Shown: one piece after another, positions 37,545 through 47,178 of the stretch
Layout of the letters: each line of letters opens with the position of its first letter
How positions within the stretch are numbered: position 1 is the first letter of the stretch
Assembly: GCA_964617045.1 (NCBI GenBank)
Contig: CAZTVZ010000004.1
Location: 15,799 to 79,798 of the forward strand
Reading direction: 5' to 3'
DNA length: 64,000 nt
Source of the DNA: an uncultured Gammaproteobacteria bacterium
GTDB lineage: Bacteria; Patescibacteriota; Microgenomatia; UBA8517
Program-made: the position numbers and the translations under genes
Notes under the pieces: model-generated
Told to the model about the DNA's origin: nothing
Seen by the model: the letters and a program-made list of their open reading frames with translations, nothing else
Databases searched by the model: none

Positions 37545-38662
37545 AAGTAGCATTAGTTCACGATTACATCAAAGAATACGGAGGAGCAGAAAAAGTATTG
37601 GAAGTCTTGCATGATATTTTTCCCAAAGCTCCGATCTATACATCGGTATTTCTACCAAAGTATTTGGGACCAAACAAAGAAAAATTCATGAAGATGAAAA
37701 TAATTCCAACCTGGTTTCAAAATATTCCATTCAATGCAAAATTAATTAGCCCTTTTAGGTTAATTGCCGGAAAAGTATTTAAACAAATAAAGTTTGATAA
37801 ATACGATTTGGTGATTGTTTCCTCAACGGGAGCATATATTCCCAACGAGATAACTAAAGGAAAAGCAAAACAGATTTGTTACTGTCATACACCGCCCAGA
37901 TATTTGTATGGATATATGACCGCAAGGGATCTGACCAAAAATAAGATAATCAAATTTTTTGCCGATATAGCAAATCATTTTCTGAGAATAGAAGATTTTT
38001 ATGCCTCCCAAAATGTTGATTTATATATAGCAAATTCAAATGAAGTTAAATCAAGAATTCAGAAATTTTACAGAAAAAACTCAATAGTAATCAATCCTCC
38101 GATAGAAACGCCGAAATTGAAAGAAACACCAGTCTCCATTAAAAATAGGGGATATTATATTGCCGGGGGAAGACTGGCAAGGGCAAAAAGAATTGATGTT
38201 GCCGTAAAAGCGGCCACCAAAATGGGAATACCCTTAAAAATATTCGGAAGAGAATTTGCCGGATATGGAAAAGAATTAAAGGAGATGGCGGGGCCAACAA
38301 TAGAATTCCTTGGTGAAATAAGAGAAGAGGAAAAAGAGAAATTATTTTCCGGAGCAAGAGCGTACCTATCTCCTTCAATAGATGAGGATTTCGGAATGCT
38401 AAATGTTGAGATGATGGCTTACGGAACACCTGTAATCGCTCACAGATCCGGAGGGGCCTTAGAAACGGTGGTGGAAGGTAAGACGGGACTGTTTTTTGAT
38501 GAACCGACACCCAATTCTCTCGAGAAAGTTATAAGAAAATTTGAAAAAACATACTTTGATCCAAAAGAAATAATTAAGCATGCAAATAAGTTTTCCAAGG
38601 ATAGGTTTATCAAGGAAATAAAAAGGACTGTTCAAAAATATGCCGGAACTTCCAGAAGTTGA
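37541..38662 (+). CDS. Glycosyltransferase, family 4 (GT-B fold).
   Basis: C-terminal EDFGMLNVEMMAYGTPVIAHRSGGALETVVEGKTGLFFD is the canonical GT4 E-x7-E region. Confidence 0.8.
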   Translation: MKVALVHDYIKEYGGAEKVLEVLHDIFPKAPIYTSVFLPKYLGPNKEKFMKMKIIPTWFQNIPFNAKLISPFRLIAGKVFKQIKFDKYDLVIVSSTGAYIPNEITKGKAKQICYCHTPPRYLYGYMTARDLTKNKIIKFFADIANHFLRIEDFYASQNVDLYIANSNEVKSRIQKFYRKNSIVINPPIETPKLKETPVSIKNRGYYIAGGRLARAKRIDVAVKAATKMGIPLKIFGREFAGYGKELKEMAGPTIEFLGEIREEEKEKLFSGARAYLSPSIDEDFGMLNVEMMAYGTPVIAHRSGGALETVVEGKTGLFFDEPTPNSLEKVIRKFEKTYFDPKEIIKHANKFSKDRFIKEIKRTVQKYAGTSRS

Positions 38663-39488
38663 AACAATAAAAAGAGGCCTCCAAGAATACTTAAAAGGAC
38701 ATTCAATTAAATACATTGATATTAATTATCCCAAGTGTTTTGTTGGTGATAAAAGTCTTCTTAAAGGGAAAATTCATTCAGTTCGAAGATACGGAAAAAT
38801 CATATCTATTGATTTGGATAATGGATATTCACTTTATGTTCAAATCAAATTAACGGGCCAATTAATATACAGGGGACCTAATTTGAAAAAACGTATTTTA
38901 AGTAAAAAAGTTTCGGGAGGTATTCCCGGAAAACATACACATGCAATATTGCATTTGGATAAAGGAGGGGTGTTGTATTACAACGATGTTCGCAAATTTG
39001 GTCGATTGAAGGTTGTCGAAAGCAAGGAGATAGAAAAACACGATTTGATTGGAAAAATGGGACCCGAACCTCTTAACGGATTAAGCTTTTCTGTTTTTAA
39101 AGAGGTTGTCGGAAAAAGTAAAACTGCAATCAAAGTTCTGTTGATGGATCAATCCAAGATAGCGGGAATAGGGAATATCTACGCAAACGATGCATGTTAT
39201 CTTGCCAAAATTCACCCTAAAAAACAGGCAAACAAGCTGACAAGCATCGAAATCAAAAATTTGTATAATGCGATAAATACTGTAATTACGAAAGGAATTG
39301 AAGTTGGGGGAGCAAGCGAACTATCATATGTAAAAGTCGACGGTACGGAAGGAAAATATCAAAATCATTTTTTGATATACGACAGAAAAGGGGATCTTTG
39401 TCCCCGGTGTAAAAAAGAAAAGTTTGTTAAAATGTCGCTTGGAGGAAGGGGAACATATTATTGCCCGCACTGCCAAATAGACAAATGA
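38640..39488 (+). CDS. mutM: Formamidopyrimidine-DNA glycosylase (Fpg/MutM).
   Basis: MPELPEVET N-terminus with catalytic P2/E3, an H2TH domain, and a C-terminal zinc finger CPRC...CPHC. Confidence 0.9.
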   Translation: MPELPEVETIKRGLQEYLKGHSIKYIDINYPKCFVGDKSLLKGKIHSVRRYGKIISIDLDNGYSLYVQIKLTGQLIYRGPNLKKRILSKKVSGGIPGKHTHAILHLDKGGVLYYNDVRKFGRLKVVESKEIEKHDLIGKMGPEPLNGLSFSVFKEVVGKSKTAIKVLLMDQSKIAGIGNIYANDACYLAKIHPKKQANKLTSIEIKNLYNAINTVITKGIEVGGASELSYVKVDGTEGKYQNHFLIYDRKGDLCPRCKKEKFVKMSLGGRGTYYCPHCQIDK

Positions 39489-40549
39489 TACTTCAAAAAA
39501 TTAAGCTAACCGATTTTCGAAACTTTGAAGAAAAGATTTTGGAAATATCTCCACAAGTTACCGTAATTGTGGGACCTAACGCTTCGGGAAAAACAAACAT
39601 CCTGGAAAGTATTTATCTTTTATCGACTGGAAAAAGTTTTAAAGCAAAAGTTGAAGAAGAAATGATTAATTTGGAAAAAGATATCGCAAGGGTAAAGGGA
39701 AGGGTTTTTGATGAAGAAGAGTCAATCGACCTGGAAATTGTGTTAACTCGCGGTTTTATTGATATCGGGAAAAGTGCTCCTGAAAAAGTGGCGAGGAAAA
39801 GACTCCTTGTTAATGGGATGGGCAAAAGACTATTGGATTTTTCGGGCAAGTTGAAAACAACTTTGTTTGGCCCATGGGATATGGATTTGATTACAGAATC
39901 ACCAAGTATAAGAAGAAGATTCCTGGACAATGTTCTTATCTTAACCGACAGAGAATATCACAGATCACTAATTTCATACGAAAAAGGGTTAAAACAAAGA
40001 AACAGACTCTTGTTCAGGATAAGAGAAGAGGGTTTGAACAGGTCTCAATTGTTGTTTTGGGATAGGCTTCTTATTAAAAATGGAGATTACATAATGAACA
40101 AAAGAGAAGAACTGATTACATTTATGAATAATTCTCCTGAATTGGATTCCCAAATATTTAATATCGAGTACGACAGATCAACAATTTCGGAAAGCAGACT
40201 GGAAGAATATAAGGAAGAGGAAATCCAAGCGGCCACCACTTTGGTTGGCCCTCACCGAGACGACATAATATTTTATATTGGAGAAAAAAGAGATCTGGCA
40301 AAATATGGAAGCCGTGGGGAGCAAAGAATGGGAGTGTTGTGGGCAAAATTAAATGAATTAAATTATATTGAAACAACAACAGGAGAAAGACCGGTTCTTC
40401 TGTTGGATGATATATTTTCCGAGCTTGACCACAAACACAGGAAAATTGTTATGGAATATGCAAGAAAACAACAGACTATTATTACGACAGCGGATGAACA
40501 TTTTATCGAAGATTTTAAAAAAGTGGAAAAAATAAAACTGGGTAAGTAG
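39485..40549 (+). CDS. recF: DNA replication and repair protein RecF.
   Basis: Walker A VGPNASGKTNILESI, and the ABC/SMC signature and Walker B region LLLDDIFSELD. ATGA overlap with fpg. Confidence 0.9.
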   Translation: MILQKIKLTDFRNFEEKILEISPQVTVIVGPNASGKTNILESIYLLSTGKSFKAKVEEEMINLEKDIARVKGRVFDEEESIDLEIVLTRGFIDIGKSAPEKVARKRLLVNGMGKRLLDFSGKLKTTLFGPWDMDLITESPSIRRRFLDNVLILTDREYHRSLISYEKGLKQRNRLLFRIREEGLNRSQLLFWDRLLIKNGDYIMNKREELITFMNNSPELDSQIFNIEYDRSTISESRLEEYKEEEIQAATTLVGPHRDDIIFYIGEKRDLAKYGSRGEQRMGVLWAKLNELNYIETTTGERPVLLLDDIFSELDHKHRKIVMEYARKQQTIITTADEHFIEDFKKVEKIKLGK

Positions 40550-40558
40550 AATAGCAAT

Positions 40559-40903
40559 ATGGGAGAAACAGGAGAAAAACCACAGGGCCCAATAATTGAG
40601 TACAGCCCTTATAAACCACCAAAGAAAAAACATGGAGAAGGACATTGGTCTGTTGAAAGCAGACATGTGGATAAAAACTATCCACTTACCTGGAAATGGA
40701 ATCCTAAGCATAATCTCGAAGAAGTACCGGATTCACATTCCTTTGAAAACATTTCCGAAGAAAAGGTAAAACCAAGCTATATAGATCCTGTGCCAAGGCT
40801 TCCCGGGGAAAGTGTTTTTGATTGGGATAGAAGACGAGGAGAATACGCCGCAAAAAAATTTGAAGAAGCAGGGAGACCAATGGGTGGAGCAAAAGACGAT
40901 TAA
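40559..40903 (+). CDS. Hypothetical protein.
   Basis: 114 aa, charged and Pro-rich, with no recognisable motif. Confidence 0.35.
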   Translation: MGETGEKPQGPIIEYSPYKPPKKKHGEGHWSVESRHVDKNYPLTWKWNPKHNLEEVPDSHSFENISEEKVKPSYIDPVPRLPGESVFDWDRRRGEYAAKKFEEAGRPMGGAKDD

Positions 40904-41146
40904 TTATTCTTTTACCAATTTACTTAGATTGTATGTAACAATCACCGCAAGTGTTGTAACAACGACGGCGTAAATAAGGAGAGAAATTATTCCGGAAGAA
41001 CCTCCGACTAAAGGTTGAATGTATTTACTGACGAGTTCTGTGATAACAGAATTCCAGGCAAGGGCAGCTACAACCCCAAAGGCGGAAATTGATAGCCCCA
41101 ACATTTGTTTTAAAATCTCTTTCTTTAAAGATGATTTATTTGCCAT
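40904..41146 (-). CDS. Small membrane protein (about 80 aa).
   Basis: Only the C-terminal 80 aa of the 180-aa ORF is hydrophobic and plausible (start MANKSS at 41146). The longer reading would overlap the + strand gene by about 280 nt. Confidence 0.4.
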   Translation of the reverse strand: MANKSSLKKEILKQMLGLSISAFGVVAALAWNSVITELVSKYIQPLVGGSSGIISLLIYAVVVTTLAVIVTYNLSKLVKE

Positions 41147-41162
41147 ATAATTATTATACCAA

Positions 41163-42005
41163 ATGGCTGTGTTCAATACTTCCGAATTAAAAAAATTGTA
41201 TTCGCCTGACCACAATTCGTCGGGTGAAGACAATGGACAAGTCGTAATTGTCGGAGGGTCTGAATTATTCCATGGTGCACCGCTTTTGGCGATGAAAGTT
41301 GCTTCCAGAATTGTAGACATGGTTTTCTTTGCTAGCCCTGATAAATCTGTTGGTATGATTGCCGAGAATTTGAAATCAAAATTGTTATCTTTTGTCTGGA
41401 TTCCCTGGGATGACGTTAACGAATATCTTGAAAAAGCAGATGCCATCTTGGTTGGACCCGGATTTATGAGATTTCGAAGCGAAAAAACTTCAAGTGAAGA
41501 AAGAACTCATCTTTGTGACGATGCGTGTAGGCTTACAAAAGAAGTAACAAAAGGAATGCTTCTAAATTATCCCGAGAAAAAATGGGTGATTGATGCTGGA
41601 AGTTTGCAAGTTATGGATCCCGAATGGATTCCTGAGGGTTCAATTATTACACCCAACAAAAAAGAATTCGCAATGCTTTATGGTGACAAAGATGCTTTGA
41701 CAATATCTAAAGAAAAAAACATAACGATTATCGTTAAAGGGCCTGTTACACATGTCTATCATGGAGGAGAGGATATAGAAATTACCAATGGGAACCCCGG
41801 TTTGACCAAGGGAGGAACGGGAGATACTTTAGCCGGATTGGCGGTGGCATTATTTGCGAAAAACGATGCTCGACTGTCGGCTTGTGCTGCAAGCTACCTG
41901 ACCAAAGCTGCGGCGGATAAACTTTATGAAAAAGTAGGAATCAATTACAATTCCGATGACCTTGCCAATATTCTTCCGGAAGTAACAAGAGAACTTACAA
42001 AATAG
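41163..42005 (+). CDS. nnrD: ADP/ATP-dependent NAD(P)H-hydrate dehydratase (YjeF C-terminal domain, standalone).
   Basis: VIVGGSELFHGAPLLAMKVA ... KGGTGDTLAGL are the carbohydrate-kinase-like YjeF-C motifs. Confidence 0.75.
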   Translation: MAVFNTSELKKLYSPDHNSSGEDNGQVVIVGGSELFHGAPLLAMKVASRIVDMVFFASPDKSVGMIAENLKSKLLSFVWIPWDDVNEYLEKADAILVGPGFMRFRSEKTSSEERTHLCDDACRLTKEVTKGMLLNYPEKKWVIDAGSLQVMDPEWIPEGSIITPNKKEFAMLYGDKDALTISKEKNITIIVKGPVTHVYHGGEDIEITNGNPGLTKGGTGDTLAGLAVALFAKNDARLSACAASYLTKAAADKLYEKVGINYNSDDLANILPEVTRELTK

Positions 42006-42045
42006 CCTTTGCAATTTCCGCAGTATTTGCGATAATCGGGTTAGA

Positions 42046-43107
42046 ATGTATTCGCCCAAGTTTCTTATTTCTCATAAAATACTGCGTAATATTGGACAAA
42101 TTGAAGCTGCCAAAGAGGTAATCGAAAACGCTCCTTTGGTACCCTCCTTTGAAAAACAATTTCAATCTGATGCAATTGTCAGAACTGTTTATCACGGCAC
42201 CCATATTGAAGGAAACGATCTTACTCTTATTCAAACAAAAAAGGTTCTTGAGGGAGAAGAAGTGTATGGAAGAGCGAGAGATATTCAGGAAGTAATTAAC
42301 TATAGAAATGTTGTTTCGCTCCTTGACCAGCTTGCCGCAAAAAGGGGAGGATACGACCAGGAAATGCTTAAGGATATTCATCGATCCACGGTAACAAAAT
42401 TGATACCCGATGAAAAAGTCGGAGTATTCAGGGTAAGCCAGGTTGTTATAAAAGAAGCCGGAACCGGAGAGATTATATTTCAACCGCCTCCTTTCGTGGA
42501 AGTTCCGTATTTGATTACCGATTTTTTTGACTGGTTAAACAGTTCCGAATCAACGGATATTCATCCAATTTTAAGAGCCGGAATAACGCATTACATTCTT
42601 GTTGCAATTCATCCTTTTGTCGAAGGTAACGGAAGGAGCTCTCGTGCATTTACCAATTTGGTCTTAATGAAAGAAGGGTATGATATTAAAAAGTTTTTTT
42701 CTTTAGAAGAACATTTTGACAATGACCCTGCCGCGTACTATGCGGCTTTTTCCTGCGTAGATAAACAGTCGACCAATATTGCTGCCAGAGATTTAACTCC
42801 TTGGTTGGAATATTTTACCGAAACCGTTGCCGTTGAACTCAATAAAATAAAAGAAAAGGTTAGAAAATTGTCCATTGATACCAAATTGAAGGTAAAAATC
42901 GGACAACAAATATCGCTTTCGGAAAGACAAATGAGATTAATAGAATATATTTCCGATCAAGGTTCCGCATTAATGATGGAATTAAAAAGAGTTTTACCAA
43001 TGGTTTCCGAAGATACGATACTTAGGGACTTAAAAGACATGCTCGATAAGGGTATTATTAAAAAGGAGGGAAGTACCAAGGCCTCCAGATATATCATTGC
43101 AAAATGA
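42046..43107 (+). CDS. Fic-family protein (AMPylator-type) with a C-terminal winged-helix domain.
   Basis: Fic core motif HPFVEGNGRSSRAFTN (HxFx(D/E)GNGRxxR). N-terminal YHGTHIEGNDLT resembles the intramolecular inhibitory helix motif (S/T)xxxE(G/N). Confidence 0.85.
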   Translation: MYSPKFLISHKILRNIGQIEAAKEVIENAPLVPSFEKQFQSDAIVRTVYHGTHIEGNDLTLIQTKKVLEGEEVYGRARDIQEVINYRNVVSLLDQLAAKRGGYDQEMLKDIHRSTVTKLIPDEKVGVFRVSQVVIKEAGTGEIIFQPPPFVEVPYLITDFFDWLNSSESTDIHPILRAGITHYILVAIHPFVEGNGRSSRAFTNLVLMKEGYDIKKFFSLEEHFDNDPAAYYAAFSCVDKQSTNIAARDLTPWLEYFTETVAVELNKIKEKVRKLSIDTKLKVKIGQQISLSERQMRLIEYISDQGSALMMELKRVLPMVSEDTILRDLKDMLDKGIIKKEGSTKASRYIIAK

Positions 43108-43307
43108 GTGCATCCGACCCGCAGTTTATATATATGATGATGATTCTGCCATCTTTGTTTGGCCTTACTTTGGTCGGGGAAGGAATTAACAAATTGGTAC
43201 ACGAAGAACAATCAGGTTTAATAAGTTTAATTTTTGGTCTTGTGTTTATTACCGGAGTAATTATTGCCTATTTGTTCTTCCAAGTATATCTTGAACCTAC
43301 CGTATGA
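43104..43307 (+). CDS. Small two-TM membrane protein.
   Basis: 67 aa, hydrophobic, translationally coupled on both sides. Confidence 0.35.
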   Translation: MSASDPQFIYMMMILPSLFGLTLVGEGINKLVHEEQSGLISLIFGLVFITGVIIAYLFFQVYLEPTV

Positions 43308-45010
43308 AATTTAAATCTCTCGCAATATATTTAGAACAACTAGAAAAGACTTCTTCGCGCAACGAAATAACTTCTATTTTGGCAGATCTTTTTGCAAAGT
43401 CCGATAAAGAAGAAATCGAAAAAATTGTCTATCTAGTTCTTGGACAACTAGCCCCGAATTATAAAGGGATTGTTCTAAACATTGCAGAAAGAATGATGTG
43501 GAAAATACTTGCTCAAGCATATGACACGGAAGAAATAAAAATCAAAGAAATGTATAAAAAAGAAGGTGATTTGGGTAATGTCGCTTACTTCCTTTCCCAA
43601 AACAGCGAATCCTCTTTGTCCGTAGTCGATGTATTTAATAAATTAATTGAGATTGCAGAAGATGGAGGGTCCGGATCGCAAGAAAGAAAAGTAAGTATGA
43701 TGGCAAAACTATTGGGTAACTTGGACAAATTAAGCGCCCGATATGTTGCACGAATACCTGTTGGAAAGTTGCGACTAGGTTTTTCCGATATGACAATACT
43801 CGATGCATTATCTGTAATGACAAAAGGAGACAAGTCCGACAGAAAAAGAATCGAAGAAGCCTTTAATGTATCTGTCGACATCGGAAAAATAGCGCGTATG
43901 GTAAAAAGCGGAAAAGAACTTCATGCCGAACCTGTTCCCGGTACTCCAGTAAGGCCTTCACTTGCAGAAAGATTGCCCTCGGCCGAAAAGATTATGGAGA
44001 AAGTTGGAACCAATGTATATGTAGAACCGAAATATGACGGTTTCAGATCCCAGGTTCATATTTGGAAAGAAAATGGAGAAAGGAAAGTGGCCATCTTTTC
44101 CAGGAACATGGAGGCAACAACACAAATGTTTCCGGATGTTGTTGAATATGCAAAAGAAATTAAAGTTGAAAGTGCAATTTTTGATGCCGAAGCAATCGGA
44201 TATGATGCAAAAAATGACAAATTCCTTCCATTCCAGGAAACAATACAAAGAAAAAGAAAGCATGGAATTGAAGAAGCGGCAAAAACGTTTCCGTTAAAAT
44301 TGTTTATTTTCGATATCTTATCTAAAAACGGCAAGAATCTAATGGAGAAACCGTTTAACGAGAGAAGAAAAATACTTGAAAGCACTGTAAAAGAAAATGG
44401 AAACATATTTGTAACCAGACAGGACACAATAAACAAACCCGATTTAATTAGAGATCTTGTTAAAAAATATTTATCTGAGGGTTTGGAGGGAGCTATGATT
44501 AAAAAAATCGATGCACCCTACAAAGCAGGGGGGAGAGGTTACCATTGGGTTAAGTACAAAAAAACAACTGAAAAAGGTTTGGCCGATACGATTGATTGTT
44601 TGGTTTTGGGTGTTAACAAAGGAAAAGGAAAACGCTCAGGTTTTGGTGCCGGAGCTTTTCTTGTTGGAGTAAGGGATGGAGAAAAAGTTCTCTCTGTTTC
44701 AAAAATCGGAACCGGTTTAACAGATGAACAATGGAGGGAATTATATTTAAGATCGGAAAAGGTCAAAACAAAAAATAAACCCATCGAATATGTTGTAGAC
44801 AAAAATTTGGAACCGGACACTTGGATTAAACCTTCGATTATCGTTGAGATACTTGCAGACGAAATTACCGTAAGCCCAATCCACACAGCAAAGTATGCTT
44901 TAAGATTCCCAAGGTTAATTAGGTTTAGAGATGAAAAAAGTGTTAAAGATGTTACTTCATTAGACGAACTTAATAAATTGTTTGATATGCAAAAAGTTTT
45001 ATCCAAATGA
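43304..45010 (+). CDS. lig: ATP-dependent DNA ligase (archaeal/eukaryotic LigI-like).
   Basis: Adenylation motif I EPKYDGFRSQVH (KxDG), motifs III-V (FIFDIL..., EGAMIK), an OB domain, and an N-terminal DNA-binding domain. Length 568 aa. Confidence 0.85.
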   Translation: MKFKSLAIYLEQLEKTSSRNEITSILADLFAKSDKEEIEKIVYLVLGQLAPNYKGIVLNIAERMMWKILAQAYDTEEIKIKEMYKKEGDLGNVAYFLSQNSESSLSVVDVFNKLIEIAEDGGSGSQERKVSMMAKLLGNLDKLSARYVARIPVGKLRLGFSDMTILDALSVMTKGDKSDRKRIEEAFNVSVDIGKIARMVKSGKELHAEPVPGTPVRPSLAERLPSAEKIMEKVGTNVYVEPKYDGFRSQVHIWKENGERKVAIFSRNMEATTQMFPDVVEYAKEIKVESAIFDAEAIGYDAKNDKFLPFQETIQRKRKHGIEEAAKTFPLKLFIFDILSKNGKNLMEKPFNERRKILESTVKENGNIFVTRQDTINKPDLIRDLVKKYLSEGLEGAMIKKIDAPYKAGGRGYHWVKYKKTTEKGLADTIDCLVLGVNKGKGKRSGFGAGAFLVGVRDGEKVLSVSKIGTGLTDEQWRELYLRSEKVKTKNKPIEYVVDKNLEPDTWIKPSIIVEILADEITVSPIHTAKYALRFPRLIRFRDEKSVKDVTSLDELNKLFDMQKVLSK

Positions 45011-45996
45011 TCATTTTTTACGCCTTAATTTTATTGGCGCTCATTTATCTCCTGATAAAATCAGCGGATTTGGTTGTGGATTCACTTAGAAAATTTACAA
45101 CGCTTACTCATGCAAAAACGGTAGTTGTTAGTTCGATTCTTTTGGCAATGGCTACCAGCTTTCCCGAACTTGTAATTGGAGTAACCTCAGCAATTGATAA
45201 TTCCCCGGACCTTACATTGGGAAATGTAATTGGAGCAAACATCGCTAATATTTCATTGGTTGCCGGACTGTCTGCCCTTATTGCTGGGGGAGTAATAATT
45301 CATAGCAACTACATTAAAAGAGAGGTACTTACTGCGGCGGTGGCTGCACTGATTCCATTACTTCTTGTATCAGACGGCTCATTGTCTCGAATTGATGGAA
45401 TACTTCTCATTTTATTTTACATTGTTTATACGGCGAGCTTTTTTAAAGACAGATTTTTACAAATTGCACAGTCGGTAAAATCGGATCAGTTTGCCCATAG
45501 ATTCATATCGGGGATATCTCCGAAGAAAATTAATATTGATTTTGTTGTTTGGAAAGAACTTTTAAAAATGTTTATTAGTATCGGTTTTATGATACTTGTT
45601 GCGAGTGTTTCCGTAGATGTCGCGCTCAATCTGGCTGTTTTAGCCAAAATACCGATATTTATTGTAGGACTAATACTTCTTTCAATGGGAACAACTTTGC
45701 CTGAGTTGGCTTTCTCAATACGATCTCTAAAAAAGAATCAGCCCATGATGTACTTTGGTAATATTCTCGGATCCATAATAACAAATTCAACTTTGGTTTT
45801 AGGTCTAACATCATTAATATATCCAATCAGGCTTAGTAGTCCTATTGAGTCGGTTGTGGCAGCAGTTTCTTTCCTTCTTATATTTGGACTCTTTTGGTAT
45901 TTTATTAAATCCAAGATGAGAATCGAACGCAAAGAGGCGGCGGTGTTGCTTGTTTTGTATTTTTTCTTCGTTGCGGCTACTTTTTTCCTCAGTTGA
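45007..45996 (+). CDS. Ca2+/cation antiporter family (CaCA, YrbG-like) membrane protein.
   Basis: Two alpha-repeat regions (GNVIGANIANISLVAG and GNILGSIITNSTLVLG) and about 10 TM helices. Confidence 0.8.
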   Translation: MIIFYALILLALIYLLIKSADLVVDSLRKFTTLTHAKTVVVSSILLAMATSFPELVIGVTSAIDNSPDLTLGNVIGANIANISLVAGLSALIAGGVIIHSNYIKREVLTAAVAALIPLLLVSDGSLSRIDGILLILFYIVYTASFFKDRFLQIAQSVKSDQFAHRFISGISPKKINIDFVVWKELLKMFISIGFMILVASVSVDVALNLAVLAKIPIFIVGLILLSMGTTLPELAFSIRSLKKNQPMMYFGNILGSIITNSTLVLGLTSLIYPIRLSSPIESVVAAVSFLLIFGLFWYFIKSKMRIERKEAAVLLVLYFFFVAATFFLS

Positions 45997-46065
45997 GATA
46001 AAGTAGGATATTGACCTTGGGTTAGACTATGTGAAAAAATTGTAAATGTAGGTAGGGGGTGATTA

Positions 46066-46386
46066 TTGATGTCAACAGGTTTAAAGAAAAATACTGCAGG
46101 TGCATTAGCATATTTGTTGGGTCCAATTACCGGAGTCATTCTTTTGGTTATTGAAAAAGATCCTTTTGTTAGATTCCATGCGATGCAATCCATCGTTGCT
46201 TTAGGTGGTCTTTGGGTTTTGTCTTGGATTTTACCTTTTACAGTGGTACTGTTATTCCTTTCTCCCATAATTGCAATCTTGTCTTTTGTTATATGGTTGG
46301 TTTGTATATATAAAGCTTGGCAAGGAGAACAGTGGGAAGTACCGGTCTTGGGCAAGATAGCCAAAAATTTGGCCAAGAAAGCATAA
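46066..46386 (+). CDS. DUF4870-family small membrane protein.
   Basis: TAGALAYLLGPITGVILLVIEKDPFVRFHAMQS is the DUF4870 signature. Good SD GGGGGTGA. Confidence 0.6.
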   Translation: MMSTGLKKNTAGALAYLLGPITGVILLVIEKDPFVRFHAMQSIVALGGLWVLSWILPFTVVLLFLSPIIAILSFVIWLVCIYKAWQGEQWEVPVLGKIAKNLAKKA

Positions 46387-46406
46387 GTAGGTGTTACAAT
46401 TAGTCG

Positions 46407-46886
46407 ATGAAACTGATTGTAGGTTTGGGTAATCCCGGAAAAGAGTACGAAAGAACTCGTCACAATGTTGGTGCAATATTCGTGGATTACTTAAAGAAAA
46501 AGGAAATTCCCCAAGGGATAATTGCGGCAAAGACAGACACTTTTATGAATGATTCCGGTTTGTCTGTTCGCAAAATGGTGGATTATTATAAATTGGAATT
46601 GGATAAATTATGTGTAGTACATGATGATCTGGATATTCCTTTGGGGTCCTATAAAATTCAAAAAGGAAAAGGTCCCAAACTTCACAACGGAATCCTTTCA
46701 ATAGAAAACGAACTTTCAAGTACGGATTTTTGGAGAATAAGAGTTGGTGTTGATGCAAGAGATAATGACAATAGAATTCCGGGAGAGAAATATGTTCTGG
46801 AAAAATTTTCGGAAGAAGAACTGAAAATACTTCAGGGATTATTCCCGCAAATAGAAGGCGAGATAATAAACAACCTTAATGACTAA
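46407..46886 (+). CDS. pth: Peptidyl-tRNA hydrolase.
   Basis: MKLIVGLGNPGKEYERTRHNVG (the catalytic His region), with D and NG motifs downstream. Confidence 0.9.
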   Translation: MKLIVGLGNPGKEYERTRHNVGAIFVDYLKKKEIPQGIIAAKTDTFMNDSGLSVRKMVDYYKLELDKLCVVHDDLDIPLGSYKIQKGKGPKLHNGILSIENELSSTDFWRIRVGVDARDNDNRIPGEKYVLEKFSEEELKILQGLFPQIEGEIINNLND

Positions 46887-47178
46887 AGGATTTTCCAGAC
46901 CATCGGATATTTTAAATAGATTCGAAAAAGATAAAGATAAGTCAATATCTTATGAATTTCAAAAATATGGATACGATTTGGCCGATGAACTGGGAGATCT
47001 GAAAAATAAATCACTATATATTAAATTTGCCAAAGAGGTGCCGAGGGGTTTAATGGAGACTGCCAGAAATTTTGTCAAAGATGCGAATAATGCAAAAAGC
47101 AAACCAAGACTTTTTATGTGGAAATTAGGTAAACTAAAAGAAGAGTTAAAAAACAAAAATGCCCAGCCTAAGCCTTAA
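46879..47178 (+). CDS. Hypothetical protein.
   Basis: 99 aa, Lys-rich, no motif. Confidence 0.35.
   Translation: MTKGFSRPSDILNRFEKDKDKSISYEFQKYGYDLADELGDLKNKSLYIKFAKEVPRGLMETARNFVKDANNAKSKPRLFMWKLGKLKEELKNKNAQPKP

Noticed and set aside
40904-41446. The full 180-aa minus-strand ORF.
   Set aside because: Its N-terminal 100 aa would overlap the YjeF-C gene by about 280 nt and have no membrane or soluble domain character. Only the C-terminal 80-aa membrane protein (start 41146) is plausible.
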